Positions 10,509 through 23,100 of a DNA stretch of 64,000 nucleotides are shown here, in pieces. Position 1 is the stretch's first letter. Each line of letters opens with the position of its first letter. The DNA comes from Piromyces finnis finn. Its lineage: Eukaryota; Fungi; Neocallimastigomycota. The notes under the pieces were generated by a model, which ran no database searches, was not told the origin of the DNA, and saw only the letters and a program-made list of their open reading frames with translations. The position numbers were made by a program, and so were the translations under genes. Location: the NCBI GenBank assembly GCA_002104945.1, contig MCFH01000068.1, positions 192,899 through 256,898 on the forward strand, written 5' to 3'.

Positions 10509-12462
10509 ACTACGTTCATTTTTAGGTATGACTAGTTATTACAGAAATTTTATTGAAAATTATTCTGCTATTGCAGCTCCTCTTTGCAAATTATTAAAGA
10601 AGAAAATTAAATATGAATGGACAGAAATTCAAGAACAAAGTTTCAGAAATCTGATATATTGCCTAGTTAATGCACCAATTCTTTGTTTTCCTAAATTTGA
10701 TGTTCCTTTTATAATTAGATCTGATGCTTGTGGATATGGAATTGGTGGTGTTTTACTACAGTTATATGATGACAATATTGAACACCCAGTTTATTTTGTT
10801 AATAGAAGTATTAAGAAATCAGAAGAAAATTATACCACCAATGAATTAGAAGGTGCTGCTGCTTATTATTGTCTTTTACAATTTGAGTCATATATTCTAG
10901 GGAATCCATTTCAAACTATTCTTTATACTGACCATGAACCTTTAGATCCCATCATTAAGAAAGGAGAACCGAATACGAAAAAACATCAACGCTGGTGTGA
11001 TAAATTTAGTCAATTAAAAGTTAATATTATTTATCAACCAGGAAAAACTAATAAAATTGCTGATGCTTTATCCAGAATAACTTTGAAAGAGAACTTAATT
11101 GTTAACACTACTATTTCTAATGGTAATGACAATAATAATAAAGATGAGAATAATAGTAGTATTAATAAGTTTAATGCTAATAATTTGGATAATTTGGAAA
11201 TTAATAATAATAATAATGATAAAAACAATAATAATAATAATATCAACAATATCGATATTTCCAACAAAACCAATAGTTCCAATTTTACCGAGGAGGAGAA
11301 CGAAAAATTTGTTTCCGATTTTATGAAAAAATTTTTAAATGATAAAATTGTCACTATTGACAATAAATTATATTTCAAAGATAATAATAATTTTAGGGAG
11401 ATTATTGATAACCCTTACACTAAAATTAAAATAATTGCAAAAGAGCATAGAATTGGACATGAAGGAGTACAGAAAACTTATGAAAGAATCAAAAACAAAT
11501 TTTATTGAAAAAATTTAATCATTGATGTAAAAAAATATGTCTCCTTATGTAAAATATGTCAGTTAAATAAATCTGAGCCATTACCAAAGCCGACAGAAAA
11601 GTTTAGAACACCTGTAGAAGCACCCTTTGTTAGACTTGGTCTTGATATTATAGGTCCATTAAAATAAACCACACTTGGGAATAAATATATAATGGTATGT
11701 GTGGACTATTTTACTAAATGGGTGGAAGCAAAACCAGTTAGAACTACTAATTCTCAAGAAGTAACTAATTTCTTAGTTGAAGTATTTAGTAGGCATGGAA
11801 CTCCACAATTAATAATAACAGATAATGGTGTACAATTTGTTTCAGAGTACACAAAAATATTTGTAGATCTTTATGATGTATACATTCATTTCATTAGTAC
11901 ATACTATCCAGTATCTAATGGACTGGTGGAAAACAGAAACAGAGAAATTGGTAAGCAATTAAAAAATTTCTTTGATAACAATGAAAACTGGGATTTATTG
12001 TTACCAATTGCATTATGGGCTATTCGAACTTGTAAATCTGTTTCTACTGGTTATTCAAGTTTTGAACTCTTGTATGGAAGATCAGAAAATATTCCAATTG
12101 ATATTAATATAAGAAATTCAATATTAAGTATAGAAGAAAGATCAATAGAAGAATTATTAATGGAAAGATTTATAGACCACGCCAAATGGGTAAAACAAGC
12201 TGCCAGTAAAATGCTAGGGACGATAAACTATTGGAAAAGTAGAAGATTAGCTCAACAAAGTATGAACAATAAAAATAATTATAAAATAGGGGATAAGGTA
12301 AAGATTAGGAACCAACAAAGAAACAAGTTAGAACCCTATTTTATCGGACCTTTTATTATTAGAGAAATATCTTGGAACACATCTAAATTACAAGATGAAC
12401 TGACGGGACAATATTTTGAAAGAAATGTCCATTTTAAAAATATATTACCATTCAGGGAGTAG
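10509..12462 (+). pseudogene. Element A RT end, RNase H and integrase
   Basis: LRSFLGMTSYYRNFI, IRSDAC, YTDHEPL, HRIGHEG..C..C, VDYFTKW, ITDNG. Stops at 11508 and ~11665. Confidence 0.88.
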
Positions 12463-12470
12463 AAATAAAA

Positions 12471-12838
12471 TGAAATAAAATTATAAATGCATTGAAATAT
12501 ATATATATACTAACTATATAAGTATATAATTATAATAATAAGTAAGAAGAAAATTGATAACTTAGTAGATTAATAATTATATTAATTATTAATAATAATA
12601 GAAAGATATATACATATATATATAAAAAAAACAAAAAAAAATTTAAATATAAAAATTTTTATAAAAATTTTTAATTATTTTATATATAATTATAAAAATA
12701 TTTCAATATAAATTTTATTAAATTATTTCGCATATATTTAATAAAATTTTATAATTAATTTTATTAAATATTAATTTATTATTTAATAATTAATAATTAA
12801 TTATTAAATAATCTAAAGATATATATTATATCTTTACA
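12471..12838 (+). repeat. Probable 3' LTR of element A
   Basis: Follows purine-rich AGGGAGTAGAAA and ends ATCTTTACA, abutting truncated element C2. The start is uncertain. Confidence 0.45.
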
Positions 12839-15205
12839 GCGAGAGAACTAACTTTTTCAATTATTTCAAATGGACCAAGCATTTGAGGTGCTAGTTTCTT
12901 CTTCAAGTTAGTTCCAGGAGAATCTTTCAATAACCATACCTTCATTCCCACTTCGAATTCGAATTCCGGGGGACTCATTCTTTTCATATCACTATATTTC
13001 TTATGTGTTTCTTTTGCTTTTTCTAAGTTTTCTTTTAATAATTTAAAGTTTTCATTCATATCAATTACTCTTTGTTCAGCTCTATAGATGAGTTTAAAGT
13101 CAAATCTGGATAAGAACAAATTCCATCTAATTTGTCTCTGAGATCTGAGATAACATTTCAGGTTTTCTAGGAAATGTTAAGTTCTTGTGATCGGTATAAA
13201 TTATGAACTGATGGCATGCACCCTCTAAATAATGACGTCATTATTCAAGAGCAACTATAATAGCTAAAAGTTCCTTGTCATATATGGGATAGTTTCTTTG
13301 ACAACTTGTCAAACTTTTAGAAAGAAATGCAATATGATGTAATTTGCCTTCAAATTCTTGAGAGAGAATAGCACCGACAGCATAATTACTAGCATCAATT
13401 TCTACAATAAATTGTTTATTACTGAACCTCTTTAACATTTTTTGGAACCGGCCAATCGAGAGTTGCTTTAATTTTATTCTCATCCATTTGCAACTCATCC
13501 TTTGAAATGATATAACCAAGAAAAGTAGTTTTCTTAACATCAAACTCACATTTTTCTAATTTAACATAAAGATTATTTTCAAGTAGTTTCTTAAGTATCT
13601 TTTTAACATGTTCATGATGTTCTTCGATATTATTAGAATAAATAAGAATATCATCAATATATGAGATAACAAAATCATCTAAATAATCACCAAGAACATC
13701 GTTACTGAAGTGTTGAAAGGTTCCAGGTGTATTTTTCAATCCAAAAGGCATAACCAGATATTCAAAATAACCATACTAGTACGAAAAGCCGTTTTGTATT
13801 CATCACCTTCTTTAATACAAACAAGATTATAAGCGGATTTAAGGTCTAATTTGGTAAAAATCTTAGCATTTTTCACCCTATCCAAAAAGTCACTAATTAA
13901 AGGTAAAGGATATGAATTACGAATTGTAATATCATTCAACCTTCTATAATCAATACAAAGTCTTTAGGAACCGTCCTTCTTTTAACAAATAAAATTGGGG
14001 CACCAGCAATTATTTCCTAATAAAACCTTTATTTAAATTATCATCTATATATTTTTTAAGTTCCTCTCTTTCAACTTCAGTTAATGGATACAAAGATCCA
14101 TAAAACAAAGTTGAATCATCTTTAAGTTTGATTTCACAATCATAAGGTCTATGAGGAGGTAACACTTCACAATTTTTTTCATTAAACACTTCACTAAATT
14201 CTAGATATTGGGTTGGTACGGCGACCAATTTATCTTTATTAATATCTTTTTCATTATTATTATTATTACTACATGATTCATTATCATTATTACATGTTTC
14301 ATTAATTTTTGTTACAATACATTTAACTTTTTTGTTAAAACTAATATATTCATCATCGCTATCATCTTCATCATTAATGGTTCTAACAAGGCGACCTTTA
14401 ACATATTCTTTTTCTTCATGGTTTGGGATGGAGGGATCTACTTTCGGTTTTTTGGTTAAACTTCGGTCGAGAACATCATGATCTAATTGATCATTCTTGG
14501 ACTTCTTTCTTGGTTTTCTCTTTCTTTTGCCTTTATTACAATGTCTGGCACAATAATCAGAACTAAAAGCGATTTTCTTAGAGTCGTAGAAAGCATTTGG
14601 ATTATGCTTCTTTATCCACGGCAAACCAATAATAACATCAACACCGGGGACTTGTAATCCATAAAGTTGAATTACTTCGAAGTGATTTTTTCAACGGAGT
14701 ATGCACTTCTCAGTCCTTTCCCAAACACTAACAACTCCATCACTAACACCTGAAACACAGAATGGTTCTATTTTTTCCAAATTAATACCAAGGTCTTCAG
14801 CAAGACTTGGATTAATGAAATTCAATTCAGAACCGGAATCAATTAAAACCTTAATTTTAACTTCCGAAACTTCATTGGTACTCAAGTAAAAGTCCACAAG
14901 GTTTAAATCACTTTTCACTCCCTTGACTCCAACTTTGTAAATTTTTGGATTAACAATTTTTGGAGTCCTTTCTTTCACAATTCTTAACACTTTTCTGGGC
15001 TTTACTCTATTAGGACAATTAAATTTTAAATATCCCGTCTGTTTACAAAGAAAATATAATCCTTTTTTCTTTTCTTCTTCAAAGTTGTCTATGTTTTCAT
15101 TGTAATTTTTACTTGATCCTTGGATGTTCACATACCTTTTACATTTATTTTCTCTACTAATCCTGAATACATCCACATCCATAGGATCATTAGCCCTTTC
15201 CATTA
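12839..15205 (-). mobile_element. Degenerate, internally deleted copy (C2) of chromovirus C
   Basis: Near-identical to parts of 32650-36210. Has stops and frameshifts, 1020-bp and 182-bp internal deletions, and is truncated at both ends. Confidence 0.92.
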
Positions 15206-15340
15206 TAAGTGATTTTATAGCTTTTTGTTTTATTTAAATATTTAAAAATGTTCATTACTTTTTTCCAGTCACTAACAGTAGGATTTTCTGAATTTCTAGC
15301 TGCTTTTCCAACTGAAAAAGGTATATCAGGTCTATCACTA
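15200..15340 (-). pseudogene. Ty1/copia RT C-terminal fragment
   Basis: RPDIPFSVGKAAR..ENPTVSDWKKVMNIFKYLNKTKSYKITY matches the copia RPDI..V..LAR....P...W..V..I.KYL..T pattern. Confidence 0.75.
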
Positions 15341-17381
15341 TTTTCATTTTTACCAAGATCTTTCCTTATCAGTGGCATCAATGTAAACATACATAGCCTT
15401 ACATTCTGCTATATTGTCTATTGCCTTTTCAACTAAATAAGTAATACTATTACCTGAAATAATAGGATTAATAATATTAGCATACTTTTCACTTTCACTA
15501 CTTCCAGCATCAATATATACTTCAGCTGTAGAATATAATGGAACTGATTCAAGAGGAGTACAACCACCAGATTCCATACATTTTATGACATTTTTAAATA
15601 TCTTACTATTTGAGTCATAACTAGTTCCATCTAAGAAAGCATGTCTTTGAACTCCATCAATTAGAGTTGATGTACAAACATCATCTGAATTAAAACATAT
15701 AATTATATTTTTAGAGGCATCTTCACCTTCATTAGCATCAAGAAAACCTATATTTTGTGCTAATATAGAATCAGCAGCAACTTGAGCATTACCTTTATTC
15801 AAGGATTTACATGTACCTTCAGTACAAGCAATTATATTTCCTGAAGTTCCGAAATCTATATAACCATAACCTGCCTTTTTTTCACCATCAACTTCTTCAC
15901 ATTTATTTCCGTCATCACCATAGGTACACTTAATTACCTTGGAAGTATCCTTTCCACCTAAAAAGTAATAATTACCTTCTTCTTCAGTCATTCTTTCAGC
16001 AGCAACAGCAGCAAATTCACATTTTTTTGAATCGTCATGTTCACATAAAATTAATTTAGAGTATTTTCCACCAGCATCTATACCAGAAGCATCTAAATAA
16101 TGACCTTCCCCAGTAGGTTTTTGCACTGTACAAGATTTATCCTTACACTCAAACAATTAAATTGGTTTGTTTTCTGTTGAGGTTAATTCACCATGAAGAT
16201 AATAACCATTTTTTTGTTCATACACTTCTTTACATTGATTAGCAGTTGAACAATCAATTAATTTTTTTACCTCTGTATCAGTTTTTCCATCACCATTTGT
16301 GTAAAAACCTAGAACAGTAGGTTCAACTACAATAGTACATTTTCCACTTTCATTACAATTAATTAATTTTTTATAATATGAACCTGTTGTGTCAAAATCT
16401 TCCCCGCTAACATAATAACTGGATTTTGAAGGACCTTCCAACTTTGAGCATTTTTTATTAGAATCACAATAAATTAAATTACTATATGTATTACTTTAAA
16501 AATCTTCACCACTCAAATAATAACCTGAATTCAAATTTGCAATTCCTACTTTTGAACATGTATTAGAAGAACACTTAATTAAATCATTATATTTATTATT
16601 TTCAAAATCTTCCCCACTTAGATAATAACCATCATTTGCATTTGTTAATGCTTTCAAAGAAGGTGAATCACCAACATAGCTATATAATTTATTTGTTGTA
16701 TCTGCTGTTGTTGAAGGAAGGTAATATCCCTTTTTTGGAGTTGACGATGCTTTACAAGTTCCGGCTGTACATAAAAATAAAAATTGTTTTTCTGAAATCA
16801 TAAAATATCCTTCCTTAATTTGAATATACGTTGAAGGACCAGTTGCAACAGTACCCGCAACACAATTATATAATACACCTACTGAATTATTTGAAATAGT
16901 AACCTCACTACTACTATCAACTTTAAATTGTTTTAGTGCATAGCCTGTAATTGGTTCACATGAGCCATCAGGATTTGCTTCATTGGTTGTTGCTTTTAAT
17001 TTATATATCTTATCAGTACTTAAGCAATAACCAAATGAAGTTAAACTCGTTCAACTATCAGGAACACCATCATCAACACAAGCTGTTAAAGCTATAATCA
17101 TAATTAAAAATCATTTAATTCTAATACTACTACCTAGTAATACTCTTTAATTAAATTTTATCATTACCTGCATTAATAGCATCACCTCCACCTTCACCTT
17201 GACCAAGTACACTTTTTGAAAGGGACAATAAAACTAAATATTGTAATGACAACCTTTTTTTAAATCATTTATGTTAAATTTTTGTTTTGTTAATTTTTTA
17301 TCACATATACATAATATAAATGTTTTATTTTTTTTTAAAAAAAAATAATACTTACCATTTTATTCTTTTTGATATTAACAT
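15340..17381 (-). pseudogene. Scaffoldin-like secreted Cys/GYY-repeat protein, pseudogenised and 3'-truncated
   Basis: Reconstructed exons give MLISKRIKW|LSLQYLVLLSLSKSVLGQGEGGGD (signal-peptide-like), then repeats GYYLSGEDF...LIKC....C. In-frame stops at 17051-17053, 16496-16498 and 16157-16159. The repeat style resembles Neocallimastigomycota scaffoldin-type proteins (from knowledge, not searched). Confidence 0.7.
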
Positions 17382-19030
17382 TTTGAATTACTATTATTTT
17401 AAAAGATAATTTAAAAAATGTACATTTATTAATTATTTTAGGATAATAAAGATATTCAAAATGACTTTTAAATTTTATTATTTAGGGTAAAATTTTTTTT
17501 TATTCTTTTTTAAATTACTAAAAACCTAGTTATTTGGATAAAATACCATAATAATAAATGTTTTATGGATTATTTTCTTTCATTATTTCAATTAAAAAAG
17601 CTTTTTTTAATTTAAGTGAATTCTTTTTTTAAATTTAATTGTAAACTTTTTTAGAGGTTCTTTTGAAAAATAAAAAATCAAAATACCTAACCCTAATCAA
17701 AACAATTTTAATTTTACTAGTTATGTTTTTTTTTTTAAAAAAAACATTAATAACAATTGTATTGCTGTTTAATAGTTTTGTTGTGTCATTACTTTTTTTT
17801 ATTATTAAATAATAATTACTCTTTTAAAGGAATACAAGTGTAAAAAATATTGCTACTATAATTATGATTTTTAATGCTTTTTTTATCATAAACTCAACTG
17901 TAAAATGTTTTACATATTCCTTTACTCTACATTATTAATACATATAATATATTATATATTTGTTTTGTTTATAATTATGTAAAGTGTTATTCTTTTCTAC
18001 GTTAATCCTTTATTTAAATATTATAAAAGTATAATAATATTTAAAATGAATCAAAGCATAATAAAATTTATTAGTTTTAATAGCTTTTTCTAATTCGAGA
18101 TATCAGCAATAATTTATAAACTAACAAATAATTTGATAAATTACTGTTATACATGCCAGCTCTTTTTTTTTATAGTAATATTAAAAAATTACTTAAAGTT
18201 TCTAAACCTAATTGCAGCTGAATTATTTTATTATTACGCAAAATTTAAAATAAATTATTATTAAAAGTTTATGTACCACTTAATTACAATAGAAATAACA
18301 CTACTACAAGAATCTCCACCTTTAATTACTGCATATTTAATTTATAAACAAGAAAAAAGAAAAAGAGTTAAAGAATTTTTCATTCTTTTTTACTTTTGAC
18401 AATCCTAAAACAATAATATTATATTTTTATTTTGATAATTAAAAACTATAATTTTTATTGTTTTTTCAAACTTTAAAAATTTGTTTTGTATAAATTTCTT
18501 AAAAAAAAGTTAGTATTTAGTAAAATGTTATGTTTTATATTCATTAAGAATAAAATAAAGTGTATAAAATGATACTCGGAAAACAAAAAAGGTAAATTTA
18601 AAAATATTGATTATTGAAGATTTCAACTAATTTGATTTTATTATTAAAAATTGTGAATGTACAATTAATTTTCCAATATTAATTCATTCAAATAAAATAA
18701 AGCCCTAATTAGATTGTTGATTATTAATTTAAAAGCAGAAAAATAAATTTGTTTTAATGGTGTTAAAATAAATATTAAAGATTAATTTTAAATGGAATTG
18801 AAAATCTTTAGTAATGTATCAATCTTGAATGTTAATAATACGACTAATAAAATAATAAAATTATTCTTTAAAATTATTAAAAAAGTACTTTATACTAAGA
18901 AAAAAAAAACATTTTGAATATAATTTAACATGATTTAATTTAAGATTATTAAAATATTTTTTAATATTAACTGAAAAATAAATATACTTTTATTATGGAT
19001 AATATTAAATCTATATTATTTGTTTATATT

Positions 19031-19854
19031 TGTAAAATATTGTATTAGTTAAATGTATTAGTTAAATAATGTATTTAATACGTATGTAGATCAATGTATA
19101 ATGTATTGAATTAATGTACCGTAAATTTTACAAAAATTTACATCACAATACATTAACATAAATTTATGTAAATTTAATTTTATGATAAGATAAAGTTTTG
19201 ATGATAAAATAAAATTTTAAAATTAAATAATTTTTAACCAATAAATATTTGAGATAAGAAAAAATTTTTTTTATAAACTAAGCCTCAAAATTAGAAATAA
19301 ATAAATTAAATATATGTTTGAAATATAATCAACCATATAGTAAATAAATCAAAACTTTATTTTAAGCTTAGAAAATTCTTTAGTAAATAAATTGAATTTA
19401 AATAGTTTAATACAAATAATTTCTTTTAATAAATGTATAAATGTAAACAATGTAAAATTATAATATTAAAACATGTATATTAGAATTTATTCAATTTATT
19501 TAAAAAGTATAAATAAAGAAAATTTCTCAACTATTGAAACGATAGTTGGAAAATAGTAATTAATTACAATTGTATAATTAGTATTAATAATATTAGATTA
19601 TTAATAAAGTTTATAATAAAACATTTTTTATTTAATTAAAAACTGATTACCTAGCGAAGGCTCTGGTTAAATAACCTTCGTGGTAAAGTAATCAGCAGTT
19701 GTCATAGTTTCGAAGATAAATTTATTATTTAAATAAATAAAAAAGTATTAAAAAATAAATTGGAATTTTTTTTGTTTTGTATTGTTGTTTTGTTAGCACA
19801 GACCTAAATCCAATAATTTAATTTAAAGGTTAGATTTAAATTAAATATTTTACA
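19031..19854 (+). repeat. B2 5' LTR (824 bp)
   Basis: TGTAAAATATT...AATATTTTACA direct repeat of 24688-25525. Confidence 0.97.
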
Positions 19855-19865
19855 ATTTTCCAACT
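19544..19865 (+). promoter_or_regulatory. B2 self-priming pair: AGTTGGAAAAT (19544-19554) and PBS ATTTTCCAACT (19855-19865)
   Basis: 11-nt perfect complementarity; no TGG-type tRNA PBS; TATAAATA starts 36 nt upstream (19508). Confidence 0.85.
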
Positions 19866-20046
19866 TTTTAGAATAGTGGATTTACCTTTGTGTGGGAAAT
19901 AAAAAAAAAAAAAAAAAAAAAAAAAAATTTAAATAGTGAGAATTTAATATTAGAATTAAATTCGGGGATATATATATAGGAAAAAAAAAAAAAAAAAAAA
20001 ATTTGTGAATAATAGTAGAATAAATATAATAGATAGAATAGTATTA

Positions 20047-20084
<38 letters not shown>

Positions 20085-20191
20085 GATTTTAGAATAGAAA
20101 GGAATTTGTAGGATTTGGATAATCGAGGATTAAAATTTTGGAAATAAGGAATAGTTTAGATTGTATTGTTTGGTGGATAATATATTTTAGT

Positions 20192-23100
20192 ATGAACGGG
20201 GAATATAGGTATATCGACAACTGTAATGGTAATGGAGTAGCTGGAATCAGTGACGACGATTCTGAGGCTAGCTCCATGGAAATAGAACATGAGGATGGCG
20301 AAATCGTCAACGCCAGGGATAACCTCATACCAAGACCACCGAAGTTTTATGGAAAAAGGAATGAGTTAGCAAGTTTCTTTGCTAAACTCGAAAAATATTT
20401 CAAGTACAATCTAAGACAGAATGCTACCGAAGCTTACAAGATTGATGTACTTAGTTGCTATTTAGAAGGACCCGCCGCCGAATGGTATGCCGACTTGGAG
20501 AAAGAAGAAAGCCCTTTAATAAAATCTTATGAAGACCTTAAAGCCGCAATGCAAGCAAGGTACCGAACGTGCACGAGTTCTGATGTGGCTAATAGAAGAT
20601 TAACGAAGCTCAACTACAAGCAATTCAAAAGTGTGATGGATTACTGCGACTGTTTCGAAAAAACCTCTAGGGACTCGTCTTTTGACGATGAAGCCAAGAT
20701 ACATTTCTTTGTAGAAGGATTGCCGCCGTCTGTTCAGGAGAAGACAAAACTAGTATATCCTAAGATAAGAAAGCTGTATGATCTAATCAATACTGTAGCT
20801 GCTAATATTGAGGAAGACTGGAGAATCTACGGAAAGGACCCAATGAATATAGATGGAGAAAGAGGAAGAAGATATAACCGGAATCTAGGAAAGCGACTCT
20901 ACCAAGGGAATTATGGGATGAAATTCAACAACTACCGAGACTTTCATCACGAGGAAAAAGTACAAAAGACCAAGAAATGCTTCATTTGTAAATCAACAGG
21001 ACATTTGAAGAAGGATTGCCCAATGCTCAAAGATAAATTGGCAAACCGCCCAAAAGCATTCATGATCAAGGAAAACAGAAAACAGCACTTGTTGAATGTT
21101 TTCGATGTTGTACTTCATGTCAATCGAGGAATCTCACTAAATGCGTTAGTTGACTCAGGATCCGACTTGGAATTCATGGATTGGAAAACGGTCAATAAAT
21201 ATAGAATACCAATCCAAAGGATGATGAAAGACAAGTTTGTGGAAGGACTGGGAGGAAATGGATTACTGAAGTATGAAACGATCCCGTTGATCATGTCTAT
21301 CGGCAATCACAAGGAGTCTATTCAATTTTATATTACGACTCTACCTTCAGACGTATCACTTATTTTAGGAAACAAATGGCTAAGAAAACATGATCCGATT
21401 ATAAGTTTTAAGAATCAAAAATTAGAGTTTAAGTCTGAATTTTGTAAGACGAATTGTTGCGCTACGGATGAAGAAATAAATGAAAGAATTGAACAAAATA
21501 AATTAAAGGAAGAGGAAGATAAAAGAAAGAGATTAGAGTTAGCTGAAGAAATTATTAATAATTATAAGAATAGTTTAGTTATTAGAGATAGTAAACTTAA
21601 AAATAAAGAAAATGTATTAGTAATAGAAAAGAAAAAGAAAAAGTCATGTATAAATAAAAAATGTAAAACATCAAAATTAAATAAAATTCTTCATCAAAAA
21701 TACTTAGTATGTTGTGCGATTACAAGTGATAATGATGGTACACCTGAAGTCCCAAATGAATACAAAGAATTTAAAAATGTATTTGATGAAATTGAGTGTA
21801 ATGAGTTACCTCCTCATCGAATATATGACTGTAAGATTAAATTAAAGGATGATAATGAATTATTTTATGGACCATTATATCCTCTAACCGAGGAAGAGAG
21901 GGAAACGTTAAAGGAATATTTAAAAGAAAATCTAGAAAAAGGATTCATAAGACCCTCAACTTCACCTGCTGGAGCACCTGTACTGTTCGTTAGGAAAAAG
22001 GATGGAACTTTAAGATTGTGTGTTGACTACCGAAGACTCAATGAAAACACAATTAGGGATTCATATCCGTTACCTCTTATATCCGAATTATTCGATAGAT
22101 TAAGAGAAGCCAAAGTTTTTACTAAACTTGATCTCAAGTCTGCTTATAATCTAGTTCGAATAAATGAAGACGATGAATATAAAACTGCATTTAGGACAAG
22201 ATTCGGTCACTTTGAATATCTTGTCATGCCGTTCGGATTAAAAAACGCTCCTGCAACCTTCCAACATTTTATCAATGATGTCCTCGGGGAATATTTGGAT
22301 GAATTCGCGTTTTCTTATATTGATGATATTCTTATCTATTCAAAAGACTTAAAAGAACACCGAACTCACGTAAAGAAAGTCCTTAAAAAATTACAAGAAA
22401 ATGGGTTATATGTAAAATTAAGCAAATGCGAATTTGAAACGAATAAAACGTCATTTTTAGGTCACATAATTTCGGACAAGGGCATCTCCATGGATCCAAA
22501 GAAGGTAGAAGCAATTATGAATTGGCCAATTCCAAAGACTGTAAAGGAAGTTCAATCATTTTTGGGTTTATGCAATTACTATAGAAGATTCATTCCGAAC
22601 TTTGCAGAAATAGCGAAACCTTTGCACAATCTAACAAAGAAAAATGTAGTTTTTGACTGGACTATAATTTGTAATAATGCTTTTGAGAAGTTAAAGCAGT
22701 GCTTCACTGAAGAACCCATTTTAGTACATGCCGATCCAGAATTACCTTATATAGTGGAAACTGATGCTAGTGATTTTGCAATTGGTGCAGTATTATCTCA
22801 AAGATTAAACAATAAGGAACTACATCCAATTTGTTATTTTTCAAGAGGACTTACTAAGTCAGAAAAGAACTATCCGATCTACGATAAAGAATTATTAGCG
22901 GTTATATGTGCACTTAAAGAATGGAGACATTATTTGGAAGGAGCTAAGCATCAATTCACTGTGTTTACAGATCACAAGAATCTTACCTTTCCAAGAAAGC
23001 CTGAATTATTATCTCAAAGACAAATTCGATGGAATTTGTTCTTAACTCGTTACGACTTCAAACTCCAATACAGACCAGGAAAAGAGGGAGGAAAACCGGA

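Larger units (their letters stand above)
414..12462 (+). mobile_element. Degenerate Ty3/gypsy LTR retrotransposon A, interrupted by three nested insertions
   Basis: Gag zinc knuckle FCHEPGHIARFC (~633-670), protease-like IFIDACS (~1705), RT (SPWASPVVMVKKK, MPFGLTNAPATFQ, YSDD), RNase H and integrase (VDYFTKW, ITDNG, GPF). Removing the insertions restores KKVASIKEMNPPRDISELRSFLGM. Many stops and frameshifts; no chromodomain seen. Confidence 0.9.

Noticed and set aside
17400-18990. Hidden gene or structure between the scaffoldin-like and GDSL genes
   Set aside because: Ordinary AT-rich intergenic DNA; no ORF, repeat or conserved motif seen.
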